Positions 38,089 through 52,031 of a stretch of 64,000 bases of DNA are shown piece after piece. The stretch is from positions 1,344,001 to 1,408,000 of the forward strand of contig OZ244852.1 of assembly GCA_965220965.1 (NCBI GenBank). Direction: 5' to 3'. The stretch comes from Candidatus Marinacidobacterium sp. (GTDB lineage: Bacteria; Acidobacteriota; Vicinamibacteria; Marinacidobacterales; Marinacidobacteraceae). Within the stretch, counting starts at the first letter, position 1, and the number at the start of each line of letters is the position of its first letter. Below the pieces are notes generated by a model. That model ran no database searches, had not been told where the DNA came from, and was given only the letters and a program-made list of their open reading frames with translations. Both the position numbers and the translations under genes were made by a program.

Positions 38089-40263
38089 ATGTCCCTCGAC
38101 GCTCGCCCCGGCTCCCTCCTTCCGCGTCTCCGCCCCGTGTGGGGGCTCGTGCTGGCCCTCGCGACGCCATGGGGCGCGGCGGCGCAGGAGCGGACCCTCA
38201 CCGTTTCGCCGCAGTCGCTCGAGCTGCGCGTCGGGCAGACGGCCACGATCACCGCCGACCTCACCGGAGGAGAGGCGGGAACCGGCGCCGGGATCCTCTT
38301 CTTCTCGCTCGACCCGACGGATGTGAGCGTCTCCCACCGGGGCGTGGTGAGCGCCCACCGGGCGGGCGACCACACGCTGGTGGCGCTCGCGCCCGCCGCC
38401 GGGACGACCCCCGGCTTCACCCGCGCGGACGACCCGGGGCTCCGGGTGGAGATTCCGGTGCGCGTCCTGCCGTCCGAGCTCGCGTCGCTTCGCTTCGAAG
38501 GCTTGCCGGCGCAGGTCCTCGTCGGCGCCAGCGTCCCGGTGCGCGTCCTCGCCGAGGACACCGGATCGGAACCGCGGGACGTCCGTCCGGAACTCGCCGC
38601 GTCCCCCGGGACGCTGGCGGTCGCCTCGACCTTCGGTCCGCTGTTCGAGGGGACGTACCACGCCCACCCGTTCTACGACCGCCCGCGACCGCCGACCTAC
38701 CTCGCCGACGCGGCGGGGGTGCTGCGGGCGCTGACGCCGGGAACCGTGACCCTGACCGCCCGGCTCGGCGAGCTCTCCGCCGAGACGGAGATTGAGGTCC
38801 TGCCCAACCCGGCGCGCTCGCTCGCGCTGTCGGCCGTCTTCGCCGGCGAGCCGCTCGACGGCGCGGTGCGCACCGGGGACGTCGTGCGGTTCGAGGCCGA
38901 GGCGCGGGACGGTTCGGGCGAGCCGGTTCCCGAGGCCCCGGTGCGCTACTCCCTCGAATCCCACCCGGACCCCAGCCGCTACGACACCGTGGGGGCCGGC
39001 GCCGCGGCGCAGGTCCTGGCGGACGGCCGGTTCGTCGCCGAGCAGCCCGGGCTCTATCTCGTCGCCGCCTCTTCGGGAGCGGCCCGCGCCGAGCGGGCGG
39101 TCCAGGTCGTCCCGCGGGATGTGGGAATGGCGATCGAATTCGTCGGGCACGCCCCGGTGCGGGACCGGGCGAGCTCCGACCTGTGGATCTGGGAGGGAGT
39201 GGACGGGCGCGACTACGCGGCGCTCGGAACCTGGAACGCCGACGGCCACGCGCTGTTCTTCGATGTGACCGATCCCGCGAACATGCAGCGGATCTCGGAG
39301 ATCCAGGTGGACGCCCGGACGGTGAACGACGTGAAGGTCTCGGCGGACGGAAGGACCGCGGTCATCACCCGCGAAGGCGCCTCGAACCGCCGCAACGGCT
39401 TCGTGATCCTCGATGTCTCGGACCCGAGGAACCCGGAGGTCCTGTCCCGGTTCGACGACGAAATGACCGGCGGAGTCCACAACGTGTTCCTCCACGAGGG
39501 CCACATCTACGCGATCAACAACGGAAGCCGGTGGGACGTGGTGAACGCCGAGGATCCGTCGAACCCGTTCCGGGTCTCGCGGTTCGCCGATCCCCGACCG
39601 GGCCGCAGCGTCCACGATGTCTGGGTCCACGACGGGATCGCGTTCCAGGCCGGAAACACCGACGGCCTCGTCGTCGTCGACGTGGGCGGCGGGGGGATGG
39701 GCGGCTCGCCCCGGAACCCGGTCGAAATGGGTCGCCTCTACCAGTTGACCGGCTGGAACCACGCGGTCTGGCCGTTCCGCAGCCGCTCGGCCGACCGGTT
39801 CTACATCGTGACCGGGGACGAATCCCATCCGGTGAACCCGAGGATCCCCGGGCCCATCATCTCGTGGGAGGAGCGGATGCCCTCCCGCGCGATGGGATTC
39901 ATCCACATCAACGAGTTCGACGACCCCGAGCGTCCGGTGGAGATCGCGCGCTACCGGGTCCCGGAGGCCGGTCCCCACAACCTCTGGATCGATCTCGACG
40001 AGGACCTCATGTACGTGGCGTACTTCAACGGGGGCCTGCGGGTCGTGGATGTCTCCGGGGAGCTCGTCGGGGATCTCTACCGGCAGGGGCGCGAGGTCGC
40101 CAAGTTCTACTCCGATGACCCGCAGGGGTTCATCCCGAACGCCCCATTCGTCTGGGGGCCCCAGCCGCACAAGGGGACGATCTTCTTCTCGGACTTCAAC
40201 AGCGGGCTGTGGGCGGTTCGCCTCGTCCCTTCGGAAGACCGCTCGCCCTCCACCCTCGAATAG
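38089..40263 (+). CDS. Secreted Ig-like domain plus LVIVD-repeat beta-propeller protein
   Basis: Signal peptide; FVILDVSDP, GLVVVDVG and GLRVVDVS repeats. Confidence 0.75.
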   Translation: MSLDARPGSLLPRLRPVWGLVLALATPWGAAAQERTLTVSPQSLELRVGQTATITADLTGGEAGTGAGILFFSLDPTDVSVSHRGVVSAHRAGDHTLVALAPAAGTTPGFTRADDPGLRVEIPVRVLPSELASLRFEGLPAQVLVGASVPVRVLAEDTGSEPRDVRPELAASPGTLAVASTFGPLFEGTYHAHPFYDRPRPPTYLADAAGVLRALTPGTVTLTARLGELSAETEIEVLPNPARSLALSAVFAGEPLDGAVRTGDVVRFEAEARDGSGEPVPEAPVRYSLESHPDPSRYDTVGAGAAAQVLADGRFVAEQPGLYLVAASSGAARAERAVQVVPRDVGMAIEFVGHAPVRDRASSDLWIWEGVDGRDYAALGTWNADGHALFFDVTDPANMQRISEIQVDARTVNDVKVSADGRTAVITREGASNRRNGFVILDVSDPRNPEVLSRFDDEMTGGVHNVFLHEGHIYAINNGSRWDVVNAEDPSNPFRVSRFADPRPGRSVHDVWVHDGIAFQAGNTDGLVVVDVGGGGMGGSPRNPVEMGRLYQLTGWNHAVWPFRSRSADRFYIVTGDESHPVNPRIPGPIISWEERMPSRAMGFIHINEFDDPERPVEIARYRVPEAGPHNLWIDLDEDLMYVAYFNGGLRVVDVSGELVGDLYRQGREVAKFYSDDPQGFIPNAPFVWGPQPHKGTIFFSDFNSGLWAVRLVPSEDRSPSTLE

Positions 40264-40329
40264 GCCCACTCCCACCGTGGATCCGCCGCCAGCCGGACAC
40301 CGGCGGGCGCCCCGACCCGACGCTCTCCC

Positions 40330-41283
40330 GTGACGCGGCTGCTGAACATCGGGACGCTGGCTTTCCCGGTGTGGGTGCTCGCCGCGAGCGGGATCGCACT
40401 CGCGCGGCCCGGCGTCTTCACCTGGTTCAGCGGGCCGCTGATCCCGATCGGGCTCGGGCTCATCATGCTGGCGATGGGCCTCACCCTCGAAGTGGAGGAC
40501 TTCCGCCGGGTCCTGCGACGGCCGGCGCCGATCGGGCTGGGCGCCGCGCTGCAATTCGTGGTCATGCCCACGATGGGGTGGAGCGTGGCGGCGGCGATGG
40601 GGCTCCCCACCGAATTCGCGGTGGGGCTCATCCTGGTTTCCTGCTGCCCCGGCGGGGTCGCCTCGAACGTCATCTCCTACCTGTCGCTCGCCGACGTGCC
40701 GGCGTCCGTCTCGATGACCGCGGTCTCGACCGCCGCCTCGGTGGCGATGACGCCGCTCCTGACCGCGTGGCTCGCCGGCAGCCGGATCGACGTCCCGGCG
40801 GGAGGCCTGCTGCTGAGCACGTTCCAGGTCGTCGTGCTCCCGATCCTCGCCGGGCTCTTCCTGAAGAGCTCCTTCCGGAAGCTCACGAACGCCGTCCTGC
40901 CGTTCGGGCCGTTCGTCTCGGTGATCCTGATCACGCTCATCGTGGCCTCGATCATCGGCGCCAGCCGCGCCGCGATCCTCGAGTCGGGCGCGACCCTGCT
41001 GGTCGCGGTCTTCTGGCTCCACCTCGGCGGGTTCGGTCTCGGCTACGGCCTCACCCGGCTGCTGGGACGCGGCGAACGAATCGCCCGCACCGTCGCGATC
41101 GAGGTCGGGATGCAGAACTCCGGCCTCGGCGTCGTCCTCGCCCGGCAGAACTTCCAGGACCCGCTGGTCGCGGTTCCGAGCGCGATGTCGAGCCTGATGC
41201 ATTCGCTGTTCGGCAGCCTGTTCGCCGGACTCTGCCGGTGGCGAGCGGACCGCAGCGCGCCGGATCCGGGAGAAACGACGTGA
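40330..41283 (+). CDS. Bile acid:sodium symporter (BASS) family transporter
   Basis: MGLTL, CCPGGVASNV and EVGMQNSGL motifs. Confidence 0.9.
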   Translation: MTRLLNIGTLAFPVWVLAASGIALARPGVFTWFSGPLIPIGLGLIMLAMGLTLEVEDFRRVLRRPAPIGLGAALQFVVMPTMGWSVAAAMGLPTEFAVGLILVSCCPGGVASNVISYLSLADVPASVSMTAVSTAASVAMTPLLTAWLAGSRIDVPAGGLLLSTFQVVVLPILAGLFLKSSFRKLTNAVLPFGPFVSVILITLIVASIIGASRAAILESGATLLVAVFWLHLGGFGLGYGLTRLLGRGERIARTVAIEVGMQNSGLGVVLARQNFQDPLVAVPSAMSSLMHSLFGSLFAGLCRWRADRSAPDPGETT

Positions 41284-41377
41284 CTCCCGGCCGATCCCCG
41301 GCCCGGTCGCCGAGCGTCCCCGGACGCCGGGCCTCTTCGGCGTCCCGCAATTTCCCGCCCCCACGGAGGTTTCCCGC

Positions 41378-44300
41378 GTGATCTTTCGATCGTTGATGAC
41401 CGGACTGTTGACTGTCGGCTGGGTCGGAACCGGCCTCGCCGCCCCGGCGCAGGATGCCCCGGCGGAGGAGAAGGAAGCGGAGGGACTGCCGCTCGCAGCG
41501 GCGGAGACCCTGTCCTTTACCGTGACCGAGGGCACCTGGATGTCGCTCGACCTGTCGCCGGACGGGCGGACCATCGTCTTCGAGCTGCTGGGAGACCTCT
41601 ACACCCTGCCGGTCGAGGGCGGAACCGCCACCCGGATCATCGGGGAGATGTCCTTCGAGAGCCAGCCGGTGTGGTCGCCCGACGGGACGCAGGTCGCGTT
41701 CGTGAGCGACCGCAGCGGCGTCGAGAACCTCTGGGTTGCGAACGCCGACGGAAGCGAACCGCGCGCGCTCACGAAGGACGGGCCCACCCGGGACCGCCCG
41801 CAGCTCATGGTGTCTCCGAGCTGGACCCCGGACGGCGAATACCTGCTCGTGTCGCGCTCGCGTCCGCCGGACCGGACCGCCGGCGTGTTCCTCGTCCACC
41901 GGGACGGGGGCGCCGGAGTCCGGCTAGGCGAGGCGCCGTCAGAACCCACCCCCGGGGCCGGCGGCCCCCAACCGCCGAACCGCCTCGGCGCGGTCGCTTC
42001 GCCCGATGGCCGCTCGATCTACTTCTCCGAGCGGCGCGGGACCTTCAACTACAACGCGCAGTTCCCGATCTGGCAGGTCGTCCGGTTCGACCGGGTCACC
42101 GGCGAGGAAACCACGATCACCAGCGCCCCCGGCAGCGCGATGCGGCCGCTGCTGAGCCCGGACGGGCGCCACCTGGTCTACGCCACCCGCCATCGGACCG
42201 AGACCGCGCTCCGGGTCCGCGAGCTCGAGACCGGAGAAGAGCGCTGGCTCGTCACCGGCGTGACCCGGGACGACCAGGAATCCCGCGCCAGCCGCGACAC
42301 GATGCCGGGGTACGCGTTCACGCCGGACGGGTCCTCGATCATCGCGACGGTGGACGGCGGGTTCCGCCGGATCGACTTCGAAACCGGGGCGATGACCGAA
42401 ATCCCCTTCACCGCATCCGTCGAGGCCGAGGTCGGCGCCCGGCTCCACTTCCCCCGACGCGTCGACGACGGACCCGACGTAACCGCCCGGATCGTTCGCT
42501 GGCCGCGGATCTCGCCCGACGGGAGCACGCTCGTCTTCTCCGCCTTCAGCCGGCTCTACCGGATGAATCTGCCCGACGGGACCCCGACGCGTCTGACCGA
42601 CTCGACCGAGGACGAGTTCATGCCGGCGTGGTCGCCGGACGGCGGCCGGGTCGCCTACGTGACCTGGTCGAGCGACGGGGGCCACCTGAAGTCGGTGGCC
42701 GCGGCCGGCGGAAGCGGGACAACGCTGACGACGCGCACCGCCTTCTACGCCGAACCCGCCTGGCATCCCGAGGGCGACCGGATCGTCCTGCGGCGGGCCC
42801 CGGTCAAAGAACACCTCTATTCCTTCCTGCGGGAGATGGATGGGGCGTCGGATCTCTACGGACCGGACGCCCCCCGGGGCGGCGAAATCGGCGGCATGCG
42901 CGCCGCCGAGCTGAGCGAGCTGCTGGTGGTTCCCGCTTCCGGCGGAGAGGCGGAAGTCCTCGGGCCATCGGAGAACGGACGCTTTCCGCACTTCACAAAC
43001 GACCCCGACCGGGTCTTCCTGACCGTCGGAAGCGAAGGCCTGGTCTCCTTCCGGCTCGACGGGAGCGACCGGCGCCATCACCTCAAGGTGAGCGGCCGGG
43101 GCGCGGGCCGCAATCCTCCGCCGGCGAGCCAGATCGTGCTCGCTCCCGACGGCCGGAGCGCGCTGTTCGAGCTGCAGAACCGCCACTTCGTGGTCCCCGT
43201 CCCGCAATTCGGGAACCGGACGCTCGAGATCCAGGTGGGGCGCGGAGAAGCCCCGGTTCCGGTTCAGGAGGTCGCGCCCGAAGGGGGCGACAACCTGGGC
43301 TGGTCCCGCGACGGATCGGCGCTCGTCTGGTCGCTGGGCAACCGGGTGTACCGCAAGGACGCCGCCTCGGTCGGCGATGACGACGCCCCGGAGCCCGAAG
43401 TCTTCGACGCGGTCGTCACGGAACCGCGAGCGCGCCCGACCGGGACCCTCCTGCTCCAGAACGCCGCCCAGGTCCTGACCATGAACGGCGAGGAGATCCT
43501 CCGGGGCGCCGACGTGCTCGTCGAAGGCCACCGGATCGCCGCGGTCGGCGCCGGACTCGAGGCGCCGGAGGGCGCGCGGGTCGTGGACGTCTCCGGCAAG
43601 ACCGTGATGCCGGGCTACGTGGACGCCCACGCCCACATGTGGGCGCCGAGGGGAGTCCACCAGCGCCAGGTCTTCCAGCACCTCGCGAATCTCGCCTACG
43701 GGGTCACCACCACCCGGGATCCGCAGACCTCGACGGCGGACGTGTTCGCCTACCGCGACCTCCAGGAGGCCGGCCGGATCCTCGCGCCTCGCATCTACGC
43801 GACCGGGCCGGGCATCTTCTCCCGTTCCGGGGTCTACGACGCCGAGGCGGCGGATCTCTTCCTGAAGCGCTACGGCGCCGACGGCTACGACGCGATCACC
43901 ATCAAGCAGTACATCGCCGGAGACCGGATCGTTCGCCAGTGGGTGGCGATGGCGTCCATGAAGCACGAGCTGACCCCCACGACCGAGGGAGCCCTCGACC
44001 TGAAGCTGAACCTGACCCAGATGATCGACGGCTACTCCGGGCACGAACACAGCCTCCCGATCATCCCGATCTACGACGATGTGGCGCAGTTCGTGGCGCG
44101 CACCCGGACCTACTACACGCCCACGATCCTGGTGGCCTACGGCGGACCCTGGAGCGAGAACTACTACTTCCAGAACACCGATGTGGTCCGCGACGAGAAG
44201 CTGGCCCGGTTCATCCCGGCCGGGATCCTCGACAACATGGTGCGCCGCCGGGGGCAATGGTTCCTGCCCGAGGAGTACGTCCACGAGGGCATCGCCGAGG

Positions 44301-44680
44301 GCTGCACCCGGGTGATCCGCGCCGGAGGCCGCTGCGCCCTCGGCAGCCACGGACAGCTCCAGGGGCTCGGCGCCCACTGGGAGCTGTGGGCGCTCCAGTC
44401 GGGCGGGCTGACCGAGCACGAGGCGCTCATCGCGGCGACCCTCTACGGGGCGGAGGCGATCGGGCTCGAGCAGGACCTGGGAACGCTCGAGGCCGGCAAG
44501 CTGGCGGACATCCAGATCCTCGACGCCGACCCCCTCGAGGACATCCGCAACACGAACTCGGTGCGGTTCGTGATGCTCGGCGGCAACCTCTACGATGCCG
44601 CCGACATGTCCCAGATCTGGCCAGTCGAACGCCCCGCCCCGGAGCGCTTCTGGGCGAACGACAGCCTGCCGGGCCGGTAG
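41378..44680 (+). CDS. Exported amidohydrolase with N-terminal TolB/PD40 propeller
   Basis: EGTWMSLDLSPDG, repeated WSPDG, MPGYVDAHAH, HGQLQG and GKLAD motifs. Confidence 0.9.
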   Translation: MIFRSLMTGLLTVGWVGTGLAAPAQDAPAEEKEAEGLPLAAAETLSFTVTEGTWMSLDLSPDGRTIVFELLGDLYTLPVEGGTATRIIGEMSFESQPVWSPDGTQVAFVSDRSGVENLWVANADGSEPRALTKDGPTRDRPQLMVSPSWTPDGEYLLVSRSRPPDRTAGVFLVHRDGGAGVRLGEAPSEPTPGAGGPQPPNRLGAVASPDGRSIYFSERRGTFNYNAQFPIWQVVRFDRVTGEETTITSAPGSAMRPLLSPDGRHLVYATRHRTETALRVRELETGEERWLVTGVTRDDQESRASRDTMPGYAFTPDGSSIIATVDGGFRRIDFETGAMTEIPFTASVEAEVGARLHFPRRVDDGPDVTARIVRWPRISPDGSTLVFSAFSRLYRMNLPDGTPTRLTDSTEDEFMPAWSPDGGRVAYVTWSSDGGHLKSVAAAGGSGTTLTTRTAFYAEPAWHPEGDRIVLRRAPVKEHLYSFLREMDGASDLYGPDAPRGGEIGGMRAAELSELLVVPASGGEAEVLGPSENGRFPHFTNDPDRVFLTVGSEGLVSFRLDGSDRRHHLKVSGRGAGRNPPPASQIVLAPDGRSALFELQNRHFVVPVPQFGNRTLEIQVGRGEAPVPVQEVAPEGGDNLGWSRDGSALVWSLGNRVYRKDAASVGDDDAPEPEVFDAVVTEPRARPTGTLLLQNAAQVLTMNGEEILRGADVLVEGHRIAAVGAGLEAPEGARVVDVSGKTVMPGYVDAHAHMWAPRGVHQRQVFQHLANLAYGVTTTRDPQTSTADVFAYRDLQEAGRILAPRIYATGPGIFSRSGVYDAEAADLFLKRYGADGYDAITIKQYIAGDRIVRQWVAMASMKHELTPTTEGALDLKLNLTQMIDGYSGHEHSLPIIPIYDDVAQFVARTRTYYTPTILVAYGGPWSENYYFQNTDVVRDEKLARFIPAGILDNMVRRRGQWFLPEEYVHEGIAEGCTRVIRAGGRCALGSHGQLQGLGAHWELWALQSGGLTEHEALIAATLYGAEAIGLEQDLGTLEAGKLADIQILDADPLEDIRNTNSVRFVMLGGNLYDAADMSQIWPVERPAPERFWANDSLPGR

Positions 44681-44801
44681 CCGCCGGAGAACCTCCGGGG
44701 AGGCCGCCCTGGGGCGCCTCCCCGAGGGCTCGCGCCCCGGAGCGAGCGGCGAGGCGATTCCCGCCGTCGCCAGCGGCGCCGGGTTGGACACAATGCACCG
44801 C

Positions 44802-46970
<2,169 letters not shown>

Positions 46971-47090
46971 GGCGTCGGCCAACCGGGCGGATCCGGTGCG
47001 CCCGGGTCCGTCCGGACGGCCGTTTCGGCGAACAGCGCTACATCGGATAAAGATTCACTCAGATTTATATGGTGCGGATCGGCTAAAAGC

Positions 47091-47119
47091 TTGACAACGG
47101 CCCGCGCCGCGCCTATCTT
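47091..47119 (+). promoter_or_regulatory. sigma70-type promoter of groESL
   Basis: TTGACA (47091-47096), 17-bp spacer, TATCTT (47114-47119). Confidence 0.7.
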
Positions 47120-47247
47120 TCCCCGCGTCCGAGGTCTGTGCGCTCTCCCGAGCCTCGAGGGCCTCGACCGGCCCGGCCTCCGGGACGTCCATGAACCGCT
47201 GCGCGGCCGGTCTGCGGACGCGCGAACCCCAGAGGAGACAGGTCCTG

Positions 47248-47535
47248 ATGAACATCAAACCCCTGAGGGAGAACGTCGTCCTCCGCCGCCTCGAAGCCGA
47301 GGAGGAGCGGATCGGCTCCATCATCATCCCGGACACCGCCAAGGAGAAACCCATGACGGCGAAGGTCGTGGCGGTGGGCGACGGCAAGGTCCTCAAGGAC
47401 GGCAGCCGGCAGGCCCCCGAGGTCAAGGTCGATGACACCGTCCTGATCGGCAAGTACTCGGGCTCCGAAGTGAAGCTCGACGGCGAGGACTTCCTCATCG
47501 TCCGCGAGGACGAGATCCTGGGCATCGTCGCTTAG
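47248..47535 (+). CDS. groES: Co-chaperonin GroES
   Basis: IKPL...IIIPDTAKEKP...VGDG...KYSGSEVK...EDEILG; GAGGAG RBS. Confidence 0.97.
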   Translation: MNIKPLRENVVLRRLEAEEERIGSIIIPDTAKEKPMTAKVVAVGDGKVLKDGSRQAPEVKVDDTVLIGKYSGSEVKLDGEDFLIVREDEILGIVA

Positions 47536-49206
<1,671 letters not shown>

Positions 49207-49225
49207 TCGAGCCCCCTCCCAACCT

Positions 49226-49260
49226 GGCGCCCGCGCCGCTTCGGCGGTGCGGGCGTCTTC
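49226..49260 (+). terminator. Stem-loop after groEL (terminator-like)
   Basis: GGCGCCCGCGCCGC-TTCG-GCGGTGCGGGCGTC with only a short T tail. Confidence 0.5.
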
Positions 49261-49355
49261 GCGTACGGAGCGATCCGGGGAGCCCTCGGCCGCGCTCCCG
49301 GAAGCTCGCGGGCGGCCTCCTGCAACCCGTCGCGCAGGTCCATACACTCCGCACC

Positions 49356-50351
49356 ATGGCCCGGGGACGAATCGCTCTGGCGCTCGGCCTGCTTGCGGGG
49401 CCGGGATGCGCCCCGGCGCCGGAGGCGCCCAACTGGCGCGACGAGGCGGCCGGGATCGCGGGAGCGCTCGCCGCGGTTCCGACGACGGACTTCACCGACC
49501 TCGGGGTGAGCGTCTGGATCGGACCCGCTGACCTGAGCCTCACCGGCGGCGCGCCGCTCCACGCCGAGGCCGCCGATGTTCCCCGCCCCGCCGCCAGCTC
49601 GATCAAGACGTCGTACCTCGTCGAACTGTTCGCGGACCGCGAGGGGAACCTCCTCGATCCGCTGCCGGACGCCGCCTCGGTCGTCGGCGACCCGGACCAT
49701 CCCGCCGTTACTCACTTCGACGCGGAAACGCAGGCCGAAATCCGGGAGGCGCTGACCGCGGCGCCCACCGAGACGGTGGGCTTCCACATGATCCGGGGGA
49801 CCGGCGTCTCGAACGCGGTCTACAACGCCGCCGCCAACCTGACGACGGCGTTCCTCGGCGGCCCGGCGGAGCTCACCCGCCGGATCCACGCCCGTCACCC
49901 GGACTTCGCCGGGATCCACTCCCGCCGCTACATGCTGGCCGCGCGCGACGTCACCGGCGACAACACCGCGACCGCCGCCTCGCTGGCGGCGGTTCTCGCC
50001 GGGATCGCCCGCGGGGACACGCCCGGGGTCTCGGCGGGGGTCCACGACGAGATCCGCAAGATCCTCTTTCTCGAGGACACGCCGGACGGTCTCCACTTCT
50101 TCAAGGGAGGCTCGCTGAACTCGGATCCCCTGACCCGGGTGCTCTCCGGGTACTACCAGGAGACCGCCTTCAGCGCGCCCGGCGCCGCGCTGACTTACGT
50201 CTTCATGGTCGAGCTACCCGGTCCCGCGGGCATTGCCCCCGGAACGCTCGACCGCGGTGAAGCCGGCGAGCGGCTCCAGGAGCTCGTCTCCGCGATGCGC
50301 GACGCCGCGCTCCCACCCGCCCGCCGCGCGCTGGCGGCCGCGATCCCATGA
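49356..50351 (+). CDS. Serine hydrolase lipoprotein, class A beta-lactamase/PBP-like fold
   Basis: PAASSIK (SxxK), NTATA and KGG (KTG-like) motifs. Confidence 0.65.
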   Translation: MARGRIALALGLLAGPGCAPAPEAPNWRDEAAGIAGALAAVPTTDFTDLGVSVWIGPADLSLTGGAPLHAEAADVPRPAASSIKTSYLVELFADREGNLLDPLPDAASVVGDPDHPAVTHFDAETQAEIREALTAAPTETVGFHMIRGTGVSNAVYNAAANLTTAFLGGPAELTRRIHARHPDFAGIHSRRYMLAARDVTGDNTATAASLAAVLAGIARGDTPGVSAGVHDEIRKILFLEDTPDGLHFFKGGSLNSDPLTRVLSGYYQETAFSAPGAALTYVFMVELPGPAGIAPGTLDRGEAGERLQELVSAMRDAALPPARRALAAAIP

Positions 50352-51592
50352 CCAGGCCGCTCCTCGTCGCCGCGGCGCTCGCGCTGGCGGCGCCGGTCGT
50401 CGCCGAGGACTGGCCGCAGTGGCGAGGTCCGAACCGGGACGGGATCTCGCTCGAGACCGGCCTCCTCCAGCAGTGGCCCGACGGCGGCCCCGAACTCGCC
50501 TTCCGGGCCGAAGGACTCGGCGCCGGCTACTCCACGATCTCGGTGGCTGACGGGCGCGTCTTCACCCTCGGCATGGTCTCCGGCCGCGAGTGGGTCTTCG
50601 CGCTCGATGCGCGGACCGGCGCCACGCTCTGGTCCACGCCGCACGGCGCCGGTCGCCGCGACGGGCGCGGCGATGGCCCGAGATCGGCGCCGACCGTCGT
50701 GGGGGACCGGGTCTTCGTGCTGGGCGCCCGCGGCCGGCTCTCGGCGCTGGAGGCGGCCAGCGGGCAGACGGTCTGGGGCGTGGACCTGATCGGGGACATC
50801 GGCGGACGGAACATCAGTTGGGGAATCAGCGAGTCGCCCCTCGTCCTCGACGGCCGGGTGCTCGTATCCCCGGGCGGCCGCCGCGCCGGGTTCGCGGCCC
50901 TCGACGCCGAGACCGGGGAGGTGCTCTGGGCCACCGGCGGCGACGAGGCGGGCTACGCCTCGCCGATCCCGGTTCCCCTCGCGGGCGCGCCCCATGTCGT
51001 GTTCTTCAGCGGCGACCGGGCCGCCGGGGTCCGCGCCAGGGACGGCGAGGTGCTGTGGAGCTTCGAGGGGGCCTCGAACCGCACCGCGAACATCGCCACG
51101 CCGGTGCTCGCGCCGGCGCCTCCCGGCGCCGCCCGCGTCTTTCTGAGCTCCGACTACGGAACCGGCGGCGCGCTCGTCGAGCTCCGCGCCGGAGACGACG
51201 GGACCGTCTCCGCCACCGAGCTCTGGTTCACCCGGAACCTCCGCGCCCATCACGCCACCCCGATCCTCCACGACGGCGTGCTCTACGGGTTCTCCGGCTC
51301 GATCTTCAGCGCCCTCGACATCGAGACCGGCGGCCTGTTCTGGCGGGACCGGAGCGTCCGCAAGGGCTCGCTCACGTTCGCCGACGGCCGGATCTACGTG
51401 TTCACCGAACGCGGGGACGCGGTGCTGCTCGCCCCGTCGCGGGAGGGATATGACGAGCGCGGCCGCTTCGCCCTTCCCTCGGAGGATCGCTCCCGCCGGG
51501 ACACGTGGTCCCATCCGGTGGTGGCGAACGGGCTCCTCTACCTGCGCGACCAGGAACTCCTGCTTGCGTATGACGTAGCGCAGACGCCGTGA
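50348..51592 (+). CDS. PQQ-binding-like (BamB-type) beta-propeller protein
   Basis: Signal peptide; DWPQWRGPNRDG; ALDARTGATLW repeats; WSHPVVANGLLYLRD. Confidence 0.9.
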   Translation: MTRPLLVAAALALAAPVVAEDWPQWRGPNRDGISLETGLLQQWPDGGPELAFRAEGLGAGYSTISVADGRVFTLGMVSGREWVFALDARTGATLWSTPHGAGRRDGRGDGPRSAPTVVGDRVFVLGARGRLSALEAASGQTVWGVDLIGDIGGRNISWGISESPLVLDGRVLVSPGGRRAGFAALDAETGEVLWATGGDEAGYASPIPVPLAGAPHVVFFSGDRAAGVRARDGEVLWSFEGASNRTANIATPVLAPAPPGAARVFLSSDYGTGGALVELRAGDDGTVSATELWFTRNLRAHHATPILHDGVLYGFSGSIFSALDIETGGLFWRDRSVRKGSLTFADGRIYVFTERGDAVLLAPSREGYDERGRFALPSEDRSRRDTWSHPVVANGLLYLRDQELLLAYDVAQTP

Positions 51593-51966
51593 AGTCTCCG
51601 CTCCGCTTCGCGACCGCCCTCTTTGTCGTCGCGGCGTTCTTCGCCGCCCAGGGCTTCGCCACCCCCCACATGCTGGGGATGGACTGCGATGCGGATTGCC
51701 CGGACTGCGCCGTCGAATGCATCGGCTGCCAGGTCGCCTCCGCGGAGCCTCCGCAGCCGCTCGATACCGCCGGGGATCAGACCGGACCAAAAGAGGTCGC
51801 CCAGGTCGGCGCGGCATTCACCGCGTCCGCCCCACGGCGCCCGGGCGCCCCACCCCGCGGCCACCCGCCTGAGAAGGACATCCCCGGACAAGAGCCGCGA
51901 CCCGCGGTCCGTATCCGGGGCTCATCCGCCAGGGCCGACCGGCGCTCCCGAACGCTGTACTCCTGA
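51589..51966 (+). CDS. Cys-rich DUF2946-like leader protein, copy 1 (frameshifted at the RGPP motif)
   Basis: Hydrophobic N-terminus; CDADCPDC/CIGC; CGC GGC CAC CCG CCT GAG versus CGC GGC CCA CCC GCC TGA in copy 2 (one C missing). Confidence 0.7.
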   Translation: MKSPLRFATALFVVAAFFAAQGFATPHMLGMDCDADCPDCAVECIGCQVASAEPPQPLDTAGDQTGPKEVAQVGAAFTASAPRRPGAPPRGHPPEKDIPGQEPRPAVRIRGSSARADRRSRTLYS

Positions 51967-52031
51967 ACGAGGCGCGGGAGTCCGTGTGGCCCGTTCCGCC
52001 GCGCGAAGCGCGGCTACGGAGTTCCTTCCCG

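Noticed and set aside
47139-47165. CIRCE element before groES
   Set aside because: Only a degenerate core (GCTCTC-N9-GAGGGC) without the TTA/TAA flanks; too weak to call
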